A stretch of 64,000 bases of DNA. Origin: an uncultured Bacillota bacterium. Lineage in GTDB: Bacteria; Bacillota; Dehalobacteriia; UBA7702. Positions 35,251 to 45,850 of this stretch are shown piece by piece (position 1 is the stretch's first letter; every line of letters begins with the position of its first letter). The notes under the pieces were generated by a model that saw nothing but the letters and a program-made list of their open reading frames with translations, did no database searches and was not told the origin of the DNA. The position numbers were made by a program, and so were the translations under genes. The DNA lies in the NCBI GenBank assembly GCA_934702375.1, contig CAKUYE010000003.1, forward strand, positions 11,589 to 75,588, in the 5' to 3' direction.

Positions 35251-35280
35251 AATACCCGAGTTTTACTCGGGTATTTTTGT
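35251..35280. terminator. bidirectional terminator
   Basis: The stem AATACCCGAG/CTCGGGTATT is followed by TTTT. It lies between convergent genes. Confidence 0.75.
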
Positions 35281-35322
35281 ATATTGGTCGAATGCGTGTT
35301 TTATGGAAAAGCCTTGGACTTG

Positions 35323-35856
35323 TTAATCCAGTTTTTTTGGCAGGATTCCTTTGACTGTATAGTCTTTCCATAATTTATTGTACTTTGCCGTGCCGTAGCT
35401 GGCAAGAAATCCGGCAAAGATCCAGATAAAGGTAATTTGTCGGAAAAGAACAAAGCAGATAACGGAAAAGATCACCGAGATCAGTGTGATCAGCAGTGCA
35501 CAGGGGAAGTTCTTTTTCAGGTGAAATCCCAAGGTCAGAACAAGTAACAGTGCTGCGGTGATGAGAAACATGATATCGACGGTTTTTACGTTGCCCAAAA
35601 AGAGCGTTCCGACGGTAAGAAATAAATACAATGCCGAGTAGAGGTATGACATGATCGCTCCCACCTGAATACAAAGGCGTATGGAGTATGGCACGTAGTT
35701 TTGGGTAAATTCCTTTTGTGAGATCCTGGGGGGAGTTATTTCTGCTTGATTCGGTATCTCCTCCGGCGTTGGCGCTGCTTTTGGCATCGGGTTGCCGCAG
35801 TTGGTACAAAAATCAATGCCCCGGGGGACGTCGTATCCACAGTGTTTACAGATCAT
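35323..35856 (-). CDS. zinc-ribbon membrane protein (4 TM)
   Basis: It begins MICKHCGYDVPRGIDFCTNCG, then has four hydrophobic helices. I chose the start at 35856 because the longer ORF would overlap the upstream gene. Confidence 0.75.
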   Translation of the reverse strand: MICKHCGYDVPRGIDFCTNCGNPMPKAAPTPEEIPNQAEITPPRISQKEFTQNYVPYSIRLCIQVGAIMSYLYSALYLFLTVGTLFLGNVKTVDIMFLITAALLLVLTLGFHLKKNFPCALLITLISVIFSVICFVLFRQITFIWIFAGFLASYGTAKYNKLWKDYTVKGILPKKLD

Positions 35857-35869
35857 AGTGATTTTAACC

Positions 35870-36418
35870 TCAGTTGAATTTCCTGCCGATCTCTTTTGCC
35901 TCGGCAATAAGTCTGTCGTTGTTCCATGCCGGGATCGTATTTTCCGATGCTCCGGCGAAAAAAGTTTCCAGTTGCGCCCCAATGTAGCTGCATACCGCCG
36001 AAAGAGAGTTCTTTACTATGGTGTAGCCTTCGTTGGTCGGTTGGGATTCCCCGGTCATGATCAGATGAATGGTTTTCCCTGCAAAACGGGAAAAAGGGAT
36101 TCCGTAAAACCGGTCAATACAGCCTTTTAATGTGGCGCTGACATTCCACCAGTAAAGGGGTGAAGCCATAAAAATATAATCGGCATCGGTGATGGCAGCG
36201 GCAATTTGCTGCATATCGTCCTTTTGGAAACAGCCGCTGCTGTTGGGGCGTCGGCAAACACCGCAATTGATGCAGGGGTTGATGTTCATTTTGGTCAGAT
36301 CGCAGCGCAGGATCTGATGATTCCCGCTGCGGTTGATCTCACCGATGATTGTATCCAGCAAATAGCCGGAGTTGCTTTGCCCCCGGTGAGGACTGCTGTA
36401 GAGCGCTAAGATTTTCAT
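35870..36418 (-). CDS. flavodoxin-like fold FMN reductase / iron-sulfur flavoprotein family
   Basis: It reads MKILALYSSPHRGQSNSG...CINCGVC...ASPLYWWN. An alternative start is at 36442. Confidence 0.8.
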   Translation of the reverse strand: MKILALYSSPHRGQSNSGYLLDTIIGEINRSGNHQILRCDLTKMNINPCINCGVCRRPNSSGCFQKDDMQQIAAAITDADYIFMASPLYWWNVSATLKGCIDRFYGIPFSRFAGKTIHLIMTGESQPTNEGYTIVKNSLSAVCSYIGAQLETFFAGASENTIPAWNNDRLIAEAKEIGRKFN

Positions 36419-36660
36419 AAAACTTTCTTTTAACCTCCCCATACCTTCATAATAAAAATGATAGTATTAAAGCAGAAAATTGTCAAGGATTTCGAGGAAT
36501 ATGTTTATCATGTGAACGAAGGGTGAATTTTGTCTTGAAATGTATTAATTTTTGCATAAAATTACCGAATTTTTCCGAAAATGGGAGGATTTAGTGGTGC
36601 ATTTTCAAAATCATGTGGTATAATTACAATGTATCTTTATTGTTAAAATAGGAGGAAAGT

Positions 36661-37359
36661 GTGAAAATGATCAGTCTTCAGGGCGTGTCTAAGAAATATG
36701 ACAACGGACATCTTGCCCTTGACAACGTTTCAATGGAAATTGAAGCCGGTGAATTCGTTTTCCTTTGCGGCGCCAGCGGTGCCGGTAAAAGTACCCTGAT
36801 TCGTTTGCTCTTTCGGGAAGAAGTTGCCACCAGCGGCAAAATCAATGTGAACGGCCGCAATTTAAGAAAGATTAAACGCCGGGAGCTTTTAAAGCATCGC
36901 CGTTCCATGGGAATGGTCTTTCAGGATTACCGACTGTTGCCAAAGAAAAATGTATATGACAATGTTGCCTATGCCATGGAGGTTACCGAGTGCAAGGGCA
37001 AGGATATCAAAAAACGGGTTCCGGAAATTCTGGAAGTCGTTGGTCTCAGTGATAAAGCCCACAATTTCCCTTCGGAGCTTTCCGGTGGGGAGCAACAGCG
37101 GGTTGCCATTGCCCGAGCTTTGGTAAATCGCCCTGCCATTCTCATTGCCGATGAGCCTACAGGGAACCTGGACCCCCAGAATGCCTGGGAATTGATGGAT
37201 GTGCTGCAGCGCATCAACGAAAAAGGCACCACCATTGTGATGGCCACCCATGCCAAGGATATTGTGGATGCTATGCACAAACGCGTTATTATGCTCAGTG
37301 AAGGGCATATTGTCTACGATGAAGCGGAAGGAGGCTATCATGAAGTTACGGTCCTTTAG
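36661..37359 (+). CDS. ftsE: cell-division ABC ATPase FtsE
   Basis: It has Walker A GASGAGKST, the signature LSGGEQQRV and Walker [13 protein letters not shown]. It is followed by ftsX. The start is GTG 36661 or ATG 36667. Confidence 0.9.
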   Translation: MKMISLQGVSKKYDNGHLALDNVSMEIEAGEFVFLCGASGAGKSTLIRLLFREEVATSGKINVNGRNLRKIKRRELLKHRRSMGMVFQDYRLLPKKNVYDNVAYAMEVTECKGKDIKKRVPEILEVVGLSDKAHNFPSELSGGEQQRVAIARALVNRPAILIADEPTGNLDPQNAWELMDVLQRINEKGTTIVMATHAKDIVDAMHKRVIMLSEGHIVYDEAEGGYHEVTVL

Positions 37360-38242
37360 ACGCTTCTTTGTTGAAGCCTTCCAATCCATGGGGCGCAACT
37401 TTGCCATGACTATGGCCTCGGTTGCTACCATTGCTCTGACCCTTTTTGTCTGTGGTGTTTTTTCGGTGCTGGTATTGAATATTAATAAATTTGCCGGCGA
37501 CATTGAATCCACCGTTGAAATCCAGGCTTTTATTGACGATAGCGTCGATGCCGATGGAGCAACGGCTCTGCTCTCCTCTATACGGGATATTGACGGTGTA
37601 AACACCGTAACCTTTATCTCCAAGGAAGAGGCCCTTGCCGATATGGCAAATCAGCTGGAGGAAACTCCCGAGGGGCTGTTGGATAGCCTTGGCGAAAACC
37701 CGCTGCCGGATTCCTATATGATCACGGTAGATTCCGCGGAATACGTTTCCCCTGTGGCCGAAAAGGTTGTGGGGTTAACGGGTATCAGTGATGCCAAATA
37801 CGGTGAAGATACCGTGGACAACCTCTTCACAATGTTGAAATGGGTTCGTTACTTTGGTATTGCTCTTATCATCTTCCTGGTGGTTGCCTCCATTGTGATC
37901 GTGGCCTTTAATATTAAAATCACCGTGGCCAGCCGTAAATCCGAGATCGTGATCATGCGCTATGTAGGGGCCTCCAATTGGTATATCCGTTGGCCCTTCT
38001 GTATTGCCGGTATGGTGATGGGCTTCTTTGGAGGTATCATTGCCGTGGCGCTGCTTTATGGCGCTTACTCCCTCTTTATCGATCAGCTTGGCTCGGTGCT
38101 GATGTTTATGAGTCTGGTTAAGATCAATATGCAATTCGTCTATATGTTTGCGGTTATGGTTCTCTTTGGGATTATCCTTGGTTCCGCCGGTTCTATGGTA
38201 TCCCTTAATGTCTACCTGAAAGAACGTAAAAAGAAACAGTGA
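37340..38242 (+). CDS. ftsX: cell-division permease FtsX
   Basis: The ATG at 37340 has a GGAGG RBS inside the end of ftsE. The product has an extracellular domain plus a C-terminal FtsX 3-TM block (EIVIMRYVGASNWYIRWPF). Confidence 0.9.
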   Translation: MKLRSFRRFFVEAFQSMGRNFAMTMASVATIALTLFVCGVFSVLVLNINKFAGDIESTVEIQAFIDDSVDADGATALLSSIRDIDGVNTVTFISKEEALADMANQLEETPEGLLDSLGENPLPDSYMITVDSAEYVSPVAEKVVGLTGISDAKYGEDTVDNLFTMLKWVRYFGIALIIFLVVASIVIVAFNIKITVASRKSEIVIMRYVGASNWYIRWPFCIAGMVMGFFGGIIAVALLYGAYSLFIDQLGSVLMFMSLVKINMQFVYMFAVMVLFGIILGSAGSMVSLNVYLKERKKKQ

Positions 38243-38272
38243 GTTTAAAAAGAAAAGGATCGTGATCTTTGA

Positions 38273-39439
38273 ATGAAAAAAACGATAAGAAAACCTATTA
38301 TATTCCTGGTGATCGTGCTCACTGCCTTTTTTACCGTCAGCAGCGTATTATTGGCAGCCAATGTAGACGATCTGAAGGATAAGAAAAATAATATCGATAA
38401 ACAGATTCAGGACAAGCAATCGGAATTGAAGGATAACAAAGCCCAGCAGGATAATGCTCAGGCACAGCTTGATACGATCAATGCCAATCTTGACGCTGTA
38501 CAGGCTGAGATTGATAAAATCTACAATGACCTTGCCGTTGCCGAAGAAAACCTTGCCAATCAGCAGGTGGAATATGACAATATCCAGCAGCAGTTGGCCG
38601 ATTCCCAGGCCGCCTTGCAAAAGCGGGTATCCTCCATCTATAAAAATGGAGATGTTTCCTATTTGGATGTTTTGTTCAGTTCTGAAAATATTGAGGACTT
38701 TATTTCCGGTTTTATCTTTTTAAGTAAAATCGTGGAGCAGGATCAGAAAACCATCAATACGATTCAGGAAAATAAAGTTCTTGCAGAAGAAAAGCTTCAC
38801 GAATTGGAAGTGACCAGAAATGAAATCCTGGCGCTGCAAAAGAAGAAGGAAGCCGAAGAAGCAGAATACGCCAAACAGGCCGAAGCAAAGGTTGCTCTCT
38901 TGGATACTCTTGAAAGCGCCCAGGTCGAGCTGGAAAAGGATTTGGAAGAAATGCAAAAGCAATCCAGCAGCATTGCCGCGGAAATTAATTCCTACTATTC
39001 TTCTCTTTCCGTTTCCGACCCCGGCTATACTTATACCGGTACCGGCGTGTTTACCTGGCCTCTTTCTATTAGCGGTACGTTGAGCTCTAATTTTGGATAC
39101 CGTATCCATCCCATTTCCGGTACGCGGAAGCTCCATGCCGGGGTAGATATTGCCGCACCGGCCGGAACGCCTATTTTGGCAGCGGAAAGCGGCACCGTTG
39201 TTTCGGTAAAATACCTTACCACCGGTTACGGCAAGCACGTGGTTATCAGCCACGGCAGCAATATTGCCACCCTTTACGGTCATATGTCCTCTATTAGCGT
39301 GACCCCCGGTCAAACCGTCAGCCGCGGTCAGCAAATCGGCGGCGTTGGCACCACCGGGGCCAGCACAGGGAATCACCTTCATTTTGAAGTCCGTGTAAAC
39401 GGTTCCCCGGTTAGCCCCTGGGGATATATCTCCAAATAA
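38273..39439 (+). CDS. coiled-coil M23 peptidoglycan metalloendopeptidase (EnvC/PcsB-like FtsEX partner)
   Basis: A signal/TM segment and a long Q/E/K coiled coil precede the M23 motifs HAGVDIAA, GHMSS and NHLHFEV. Confidence 0.9.
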   Translation: MKKTIRKPIIFLVIVLTAFFTVSSVLLAANVDDLKDKKNNIDKQIQDKQSELKDNKAQQDNAQAQLDTINANLDAVQAEIDKIYNDLAVAEENLANQQVEYDNIQQQLADSQAALQKRVSSIYKNGDVSYLDVLFSSENIEDFISGFIFLSKIVEQDQKTINTIQENKVLAEEKLHELEVTRNEILALQKKKEAEEAEYAKQAEAKVALLDTLESAQVELEKDLEEMQKQSSSIAAEINSYYSSLSVSDPGYTYTGTGVFTWPLSISGTLSSNFGYRIHPISGTRKLHAGVDIAAPAGTPILAAESGTVVSVKYLTTGYGKHVVISHGSNIATLYGHMSSISVTPGQTVSRGQQIGGVGTTGASTGNHLHFEVRVNGSPVSPWGYISK

Positions 39440-39558
39440 AAATCGCATCAAAACGGGACAGCCCTTGGGCTGTCCCTGTGATTTGTATGAGTGATTTTGT
39501 TTGTCCGGTGTTCTTTTTGCATAGAAATTTTTCAACGGCATATATTTTGATCTAAGGA

Positions 39559-40743
39559 GTGATTTGTTTGAAAGATAAAACATACGCAAAAGGCGTTGTT
39601 ATGGGGATTCTGGTAGGAATCGCCATTCCTTTGGTGGTCCTTTGCACCATGATGTTTTTCAATATTGGGAATGTCGGTAATTTTCTCCGTACCGTAAAAA
39701 TCCTGGATAATTATAGTTTAGAGCCTCTTTCTCTTTCCCAAAAAGCAGAGGGTGCAATCACCGGTATGGTGGATCAGCTGGGAGATCCCTATTCCTACTA
39801 TCTTGATAAAGATGAGTACGCCGATCTCATGACGGAAGTCAGCGGCTCCTATGAGGGCTTGGGCATCTACCTCGCCACCGAAGAAGGGGCAGATTACACT
39901 ATCGTTATGGCGCCGATCAAAGGTTCCCCGGCCTTTGATGCCGGTCTTTTGGCCGGAGATGAGATCGTGAAAATCAATGGCGAGGATATGGCCGGTGTCT
40001 CTGCGGATCAGATTGCCACAAAAATCAAAACCGGTGAGGAAACCCATTTTGTATTGGAGGTGCGTCGCAAAGGGGAGATGCTCACCTTTGAGCTGGATCG
40101 CACGAAAATAGATATTCCTTCGGTAGACGGCCAATTCTTGGAAGGTCAGGATGGCATTGCCTATATCAGTATTTCCTCCTTTGCGGAAAATACGCCGACA
40201 GAATTGAAGGATACCATTTCCGGCTTGGAGCAGGAAGGCGAGATCAAAGGGATTCTATTGGACCTGCGTAATAACCCCGGCGGCAGTGTTTCCGCTGTAC
40301 TCCAGGTGGCAGATATGTTCCTGACCCAAGGCGACCACATCCTCTGGGTGGAAGAAAAGGACGATGAAACCTGCTACGATGCGGAAAACACCAATCCTTA
40401 CAGCTATCCCGTGGTGATGCTGGTCAATGAAAACAGTGCTTCGGCTTCGGAAATTCTCTCCGGGGCGATGCAGGATAACAAGCGTGCTACGATTGTCGGC
40501 ACCACCACCTTTGGCAAGGGGATTATTCAAACGGTGTATGCTCTTTCCGATGGCGCTGCGGTAAAAGTCACCACTGCGGAATATCTCAGCCCCGATAAAA
40601 ACAAGATCCATAAAGTCGGCGTAAAGCCCGACGTCGAAGTGGAGCTGGGCAGCGATGATATCAGTATTATTTATTCCCTTGATATGTCTCTTGACCCTCA
40701 ATTGGCCGAAGCCAATAAGATTTTACAGGAAAAAATCAAGTAA
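39559..40743 (+). CDS. S41 carboxy-terminal processing protease
   Basis: It has a TM helix, a PDZ domain (GDEIVKINGED) and S41 motifs (DLRNNPGGSV, NENSASASEI, TFGKGIIQ). The start is uncertain: GTG 39559, TTG 39568 or ATG 39601. Confidence 0.9.
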   Translation: MICLKDKTYAKGVVMGILVGIAIPLVVLCTMMFFNIGNVGNFLRTVKILDNYSLEPLSLSQKAEGAITGMVDQLGDPYSYYLDKDEYADLMTEVSGSYEGLGIYLATEEGADYTIVMAPIKGSPAFDAGLLAGDEIVKINGEDMAGVSADQIATKIKTGEETHFVLEVRRKGEMLTFELDRTKIDIPSVDGQFLEGQDGIAYISISSFAENTPTELKDTISGLEQEGEIKGILLDLRNNPGGSVSAVLQVADMFLTQGDHILWVEEKDDETCYDAENTNPYSYPVVMLVNENSASASEILSGAMQDNKRATIVGTTTFGKGIIQTVYALSDGAAVKVTTAEYLSPDKNKIHKVGVKPDVEVELGSDDISIIYSLDMSLDPQLAEANKILQEKIK

Positions 40744-40760
40744 AATCCATAGAAAAGCAG

Positions 40761-40796
40761 AGTCCCGTATCTTTTATTGATTCGGGACTTTTTTCT
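40761..40796 (+). terminator. intrinsic terminator
   Basis: The stem AGTCCCG/CGGGACT is followed by TTTTTT. Confidence 0.75.
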
Positions 40797-40844
40797 TTGG
40801 ATGGTTTGTGATATAATGCAAATTGGAAAAGGAGCATATTTTTT

Positions 40845-42002
40845 ATGATATATTTAGATCACTCTGCAACAACACCGGTAAAACCGGAGGTTCTGGCATT
40901 TATTAACGATACATTGGCGCAGCATTTCGGCAATCCTTCCTCTCTTTATGATTTAGGGATTGCCTCGGAAAAGATTCTGAAGGAAAGCCGCCGCATTGTG
41001 GCCAAAAGCCTTAAAGTACAGGAAAAAGAGATTTACTTTACTTCCTGCGGCTCCGAAAGCAACAACACGGTACTTCGAGGGGTTGCCGAGGGATATCGCA
41101 AACGGGGCAATCATTTGATTTGCACTGCAGTGGAGCATCCCTCCATTTTACGCACCATGGAATATCTGGAAAAAGAGCAGGGCTATCGCCTTACAAAACT
41201 TGGGGTGGATAAGAATGGAAATCTTGATTTGGAGCAGCTGAACAAAGCCGTGACAAAGGAAACGGTTCTTTGCGCCGTGATGATGGTAAATAACGAGGTG
41301 GGCACCGTTTTCCCATTGAAAGAGATTGCCGATATCGTTCATCATGCCAACCCGGATTGTGTTTTTCATGTCGATGGTGTCCAGGGCTACGGCAGAATTC
41401 CTATTGATCTGCCCAAAACCGGTGTGGATACCTTTTCGCTCAGCGGTCACAAGCTTGGCGCACCGAAGGGCATTGGAGCACTTTACATTCGAGAAGGATT
41501 GCGGGTACTGCCGTTGATCTATGGCGGTGGTCAGGAGCGTGGGCTTCGGGCGGGAACGGAAAATACCGCCTATATCGGCGGCTTGGGTCTTGCTGCCAAG
41601 CTTTGCCTGAAAGACCGCAGTGTAAAAAATCAACATATGGCTGAGGTAAAACAGGCTCTTTTGACGGCCCTTGAGGAGGAAGGCGTTGATTATATCCAAA
41701 ACGGAGACCCGGAAAACGCCGCTGCCCATATTTTGAATTTGCAGTTCCCCGGGATCAAGAGTGAGGTTTTGCTCCACTTTCTGGAGGGGCAGCAAATCTA
41801 TGTTTCCCAAGGCTCTGCCTGTCATAACAACACGAAAAGCGGCAGCGAAACGCTGATGGCTATGGGGCTTGGCTCGGAAGAGCGGGACGGTTCTTTGCGG
41901 TTCAGCTTTGGGGATGATACGGCTGCTGACGATATGAAAATCGTTGCTGCCGCCGTAAAGCAGGGCGTAGATATGATCAAAACGATGCGGGGGAAAAAGT
42001 AA
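40845..42002 (+). CDS. class V aminotransferase cysteine desulfurase (NifS/IscS-like, ThiI partner)
   Basis: Motifs are YLDHSATTP, the PLP lysine SLSGHKLGAPKGIGALY and the active-site SQGSACH. Confidence 0.9.
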   Translation: MIYLDHSATTPVKPEVLAFINDTLAQHFGNPSSLYDLGIASEKILKESRRIVAKSLKVQEKEIYFTSCGSESNNTVLRGVAEGYRKRGNHLICTAVEHPSILRTMEYLEKEQGYRLTKLGVDKNGNLDLEQLNKAVTKETVLCAVMMVNNEVGTVFPLKEIADIVHHANPDCVFHVDGVQGYGRIPIDLPKTGVDTFSLSGHKLGAPKGIGALYIREGLRVLPLIYGGGQERGLRAGTENTAYIGGLGLAAKLCLKDRSVKNQHMAEVKQALLTALEEEGVDYIQNGDPENAAAHILNLQFPGIKSEVLLHFLEGQQIYVSQGSACHNNTKSGSETLMAMGLGSEERDGSLRFSFGDDTAADDMKIVAAAVKQGVDMIKTMRGKK

Positions 42003-42061
42003 TTTTCTGCCCGGAGAATTTTTGAAAGGAGACAGCGGAAAGAATTTTCCGTTAGGATGAA

Positions 42062-43240
42062 ATGTATAAATTATTATTACTTCGCTACGGCGAATTAGGT
42101 TTAAAAGGAAAGAATAAAGGACAGTTTATTTCTCGACTGGAAGGTAATATCCGCCGGGCTCTCCCCGATAAAGAGGTTCTTTCTACCTGGGGGAGACTCT
42201 GGGTGCGATTAGATGACGATCTGGAAGAAACCGTGGAACGACTGAAAACGGTGTTTGGTTTGTATTCTGTTAGCCCGGTCATTGAATGTGACCGCAGCTG
42301 CAGTTTGGAAGAAATTGCCGATGCTGCGGAAAAGGTTCTTGTGAGCTCCCTCCCTAGGGGAGGGTCTTTCAAATTCGAAAGCCGCCGCAGTGATAAAACT
42401 TTTCCCTTGACCTCGCCGGAGCTGAGCCAGAAAATCGGAAGTATGGTTTTGCCCCGATTGGGTAAAGAATATTATGTAGATGTACGTCATCCCCAGGAGC
42501 GGGTTGATATTGAAGTGCGCAAAGAGGGGATCTACGTTTACGGGGAAACGATCCCTATGTCCGGCGGTTTGCCCGTAGGCTCCAGCGGCAAAGGCGTGGT
42601 GATGCTTTCCGGCGGTATCGACAGTCCGGTTTGCGCCTATCTTGCCATGAAGCGGGGGGTGAAAGTGGAAATGATTCACTTTCATTCCTTCCCCTATACC
42701 AGTGAACGGGCAAAGGAGAAGGTCGTGGACCTCGCAAATGTATTGGCTCATTATTCCAATGCCGGCATCAAGCTTCACGTGGTTCATTTTACCGATATCC
42801 AAATGGCAATTCGGGAAAAATGCCGTGAAGAATATACTATCACGATGATGCGGCGGTTTATGTATCGCATTGCCCAACGCATTGCCGAGGAACGCGGTGC
42901 CAAGGTAATCTTTACCGGTGAGTCCGTGGGCCAGGTTGCCAGTCAGACCGTGGAGAGTATGTATGCCATCAACCAGGCAATCTCCATGCCGGTGCTGCGC
43001 CCCTTGTGTTGTTTCGATAAAGAAGAAATCATTGATATTGCCCAGCGTATCGGAACTTTCGATATTTCCATCCGTCCCTATGAGGATTGTTGTACCATCT
43101 TCCTGCCGGATTATCCAAAGATTCGCCCGGTTTTGGAGGATTGTCTGGAAATGGAAAAAAATCTCGATATTGACGGCCTCATCGATGATGCTCTGAAAAA
43201 GAGTTACGTTCTTCATATCAGAAAGGAAACGGAAATCTGA
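42062..43240 (+). CDS. thiI: tRNA 4-thiouridine synthase ThiI
   Basis: It has a THUMP N-terminus (YGELGLKGKN) and the PP-loop LSGGIDSPV. Length is 392 aa. Confidence 0.92.
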   Translation: MYKLLLLRYGELGLKGKNKGQFISRLEGNIRRALPDKEVLSTWGRLWVRLDDDLEETVERLKTVFGLYSVSPVIECDRSCSLEEIADAAEKVLVSSLPRGGSFKFESRRSDKTFPLTSPELSQKIGSMVLPRLGKEYYVDVRHPQERVDIEVRKEGIYVYGETIPMSGGLPVGSSGKGVVMLSGGIDSPVCAYLAMKRGVKVEMIHFHSFPYTSERAKEKVVDLANVLAHYSNAGIKLHVVHFTDIQMAIREKCREEYTITMMRRFMYRIAQRIAEERGAKVIFTGESVGQVASQTVESMYAINQAISMPVLRPLCCFDKEEIIDIAQRIGTFDISIRPYEDCCTIFLPDYPKIRPVLEDCLEMEKNLDIDGLIDDALKKSYVLHIRKETEI

Positions 43241-43249
43241 TTGAAAGCT

Positions 43250-45376
43250 ATGGAAAAACGAATCCTCGATTTTATGAATGATAAAAGCTATGTTCCGTTA
43301 AAAGCCGAGGAGCTTGCCCCGGCAATGGAAATCGAGGATGATAAGCTGAAGCTGTTTTTTGATACCCTGCGTAAACTGGAAAGAGATGGCAGGGTGATTC
43401 TAAGCAAAAAGAAGTGCTATTGCCTTTGCCAGCATATGCAGCTTCTTTCCGGCCGTATCGAAGGAAAAAGCGGCGGCTATGCCTTTTTTATTCCCGATGC
43501 CGAGGGGCGGGGAGATCTTTTTCTTCCTTCCGGCAACCTTCATGGTGCTCTTCATAATGACCGGGTACTGGCGAAGGTGGTTCATTCTCCTAATGTGGTT
43601 AATGGCAATGATGAAGGGGAAGTCGTACGGATTCTGCATCATGCCAATTCCAGAATTCTAGGATATTATGTGGCAAAGGAAGGCGGCGGTGTGGTTTATC
43701 CCGAAGATAACCGCATCGTTTGCGAAGTTGCCGTGCCCAAAAGCCGAAACGGCGGTGCCGAAGATGGTGATGTTGTTATTGCCGAGGTCGCTTCCTGGAG
43801 CAACAAGGGAACAAAGGTTCGCGGGAAAGTTGCCGGGGTTATTGGGCGAAAGAATGAGCCGGGAATGGATATGGAAACGGTGATCCGTAAATTCCAATTG
43901 CCGGAAGAGTTTCCGCCTGCGGTTCTTGAAAATGCCGCAGCGGTGGCAAAGATTACACCCAAGGATCTGGAAGGCCGCAGAGACCTGCGCAATGATTTAT
44001 TGATTACCATTGACGGAGAGGATGCCAGGGATCTTGACGATGCCGTTTCTCTAACGATGATGGAAAACGGTCATTTCCTTTTAGGCGTGCATATTGCCGA
44101 TGTGGGGCATTATGTGACGGTAGGCTCACCTTTGGATAAAGAAGCCTATAGCCGCGGTACCAGTGTTTATTTCCCGGATCGGGTAATTCCCATGCTGCCA
44201 AAGGAACTATCCAACGGTATATGCAGCTTGAATCCGAAGGAGGATCGCTTAACGTTGTCCTGTACCATGGAAATCGACCGGAAAGGGCGCGTGGTTACCT
44301 ATGATATTTTTGAATCGGTGATTTGCTCCGTTGCCCGGATGACCTATCGGGATGTCAATGCCATTTTGGCCGGAGATGAAGAATTGCGGGAAAAGTATGC
44401 CTTCCTTGTGGAAATGCTGGAACAGCTGGATCAACTGCGGGCGGTTCTTACCAAACGGCGGCAACGCCGGGGAGCGTTGAATTTTGATTTTCCCGAGGCT
44501 AAGGTGATTTTGGACGAAGCCGGAGAGCCTTTGGAAATCCGAAAAAGAGTTCATGATCGGGGAGAACAGCTCATTGAAGAATGTATGATCGTAGCCAATG
44601 AAACCGTGGCCGGGGAATTTTATCACCGGGATATTCCCTTTATTTATCGTGTTCACGATTGCCCTCCCGATGATAAAATGCTGGAGCTGCAGGATTTGAT
44701 TGCTCCCTTTGGCCTGACTTTAAGCAATAATATGGGGGATGTAAGATCCGGTCATTTTCAGTCGTTGCTGACGAAAATTGAGGAGCTGCCGGAAAAACCA
44801 TTGTTGGAAATGATGATCCTCCGCACGATGAGCCATGCTCTGTATGATACGGAAAATCGCGGTCATTTTGGTTTGGCCTCGGATTGTTATACCCACTTTA
44901 CTTCGCCGATTCGCCGTTACCCGGATCTTTCCATTCATCGGGTGATCAAGGATACGCTTCATTTCCGTATTTCGGAAGAGGATAATCATGGCCGTATTCT
45001 TCGCCGCCTGGAGGATGCTGCCTTGCAAAGCAGCACCCGGGAGCGTTTGGCCGAGGAGGCGGAGAGAGAGGCTACGGATATAAAAAAAGCCCGCTATATG
45101 GCGGCCCATATTGATGAAGAATTTACCGGCATTATTTCCGGCGTGGTGTCCTACGGTTTCTTTGTGGAATTGGAAAACACCGTAGACGGTTTTGTGCATG
45201 TCTCAACCTTGCCTAAGGAATATTTTTCCTTTCATGCCAACAGCAAGAAGCTGGTATGTAAAAAGCTGAATATCAGCTTCCGCATGGGAGATGCCGTTCG
45301 TGTAAAGCTGGTGCGGGTAAATGTGGATCTGCACCACGTTGATTTTGAATTTATTGATTTTGTAAAGGAGGAGTGA
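43250..45376 (+). CDS. rnr: ribonuclease R
   Basis: It has an RNB domain (TIDGEDARDLDDAVS, HFGLASDCYTHFTSPIRRYPDL) and a C-terminal S1 domain (GIISGVVSYGFFVEL). Confidence 0.92.
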   Translation: MEKRILDFMNDKSYVPLKAEELAPAMEIEDDKLKLFFDTLRKLERDGRVILSKKKCYCLCQHMQLLSGRIEGKSGGYAFFIPDAEGRGDLFLPSGNLHGALHNDRVLAKVVHSPNVVNGNDEGEVVRILHHANSRILGYYVAKEGGGVVYPEDNRIVCEVAVPKSRNGGAEDGDVVIAEVASWSNKGTKVRGKVAGVIGRKNEPGMDMETVIRKFQLPEEFPPAVLENAAAVAKITPKDLEGRRDLRNDLLITIDGEDARDLDDAVSLTMMENGHFLLGVHIADVGHYVTVGSPLDKEAYSRGTSVYFPDRVIPMLPKELSNGICSLNPKEDRLTLSCTMEIDRKGRVVTYDIFESVICSVARMTYRDVNAILAGDEELREKYAFLVEMLEQLDQLRAVLTKRRQRRGALNFDFPEAKVILDEAGEPLEIRKRVHDRGEQLIEECMIVANETVAGEFYHRDIPFIYRVHDCPPDDKMLELQDLIAPFGLTLSNNMGDVRSGHFQSLLTKIEELPEKPLLEMMILRTMSHALYDTENRGHFGLASDCYTHFTSPIRRYPDLSIHRVIKDTLHFRISEEDNHGRILRRLEDAALQSSTRERLAEEAEREATDIKKARYMAAHIDEEFTGIISGVVSYGFFVELENTVDGFVHVSTLPKEYFSFHANSKKLVCKKLNISFRMGDAVRVKLVRVNVDLHHVDFEFIDFVKEE

Positions 45377-45379
45377 TCC

Positions 45380-45850
45380 ATGGCCAAGGAAAAAACCGGA
45401 ACAAAGGTTGCGGCAACCAACCGCAAGGCCCATCATGAATATTTTATATTGGAAACGATGGAAGCCGGTATTGCTCTTACCGGTACCGAGGTAAAGTCGT
45501 TGCGCCAAGGCAAAGCCAACCTGAACGATGCCTTTGCCCGAGTGGATCAGGGGGAATGTATTCTCTACGATATGCACATCAGCCCCTATGATTTCGGAAA
45601 CCGCTTCAATCCGGATCCAAAACGTCCCCGAAAGCTCTTGCTTCATAAAAGGGAAATAATGAAGCTGCACAGTGAGATCAAAGAAAAAGGTCTTACGCTG
45701 ATTCCGTTGAAGGTTTACTTTACCAGGGGTATGGCCAAGGTCGAGTTGGGATTGGCCAAAGGGAAAAAACTTTACGATAAACGAGATGATATGGCAAAGA
45801 AAGAAGCAAAACGCCGAATTGACCGCGCCATGAAAGAGTATCGCGGATAA
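45380..45850 (+). CDS. smpB: SsrA-binding protein
   Basis: It reads [29 protein letters not shown] ... LLLHKREI ... [13 protein letters not shown]. Confidence 0.95.
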   Translation: MAKEKTGTKVAATNRKAHHEYFILETMEAGIALTGTEVKSLRQGKANLNDAFARVDQGECILYDMHISPYDFGNRFNPDPKRPRKLLLHKREIMKLHSEIKEKGLTLIPLKVYFTRGMAKVELGLAKGKKLYDKRDDMAKKEAKRRIDRAMKEYRG

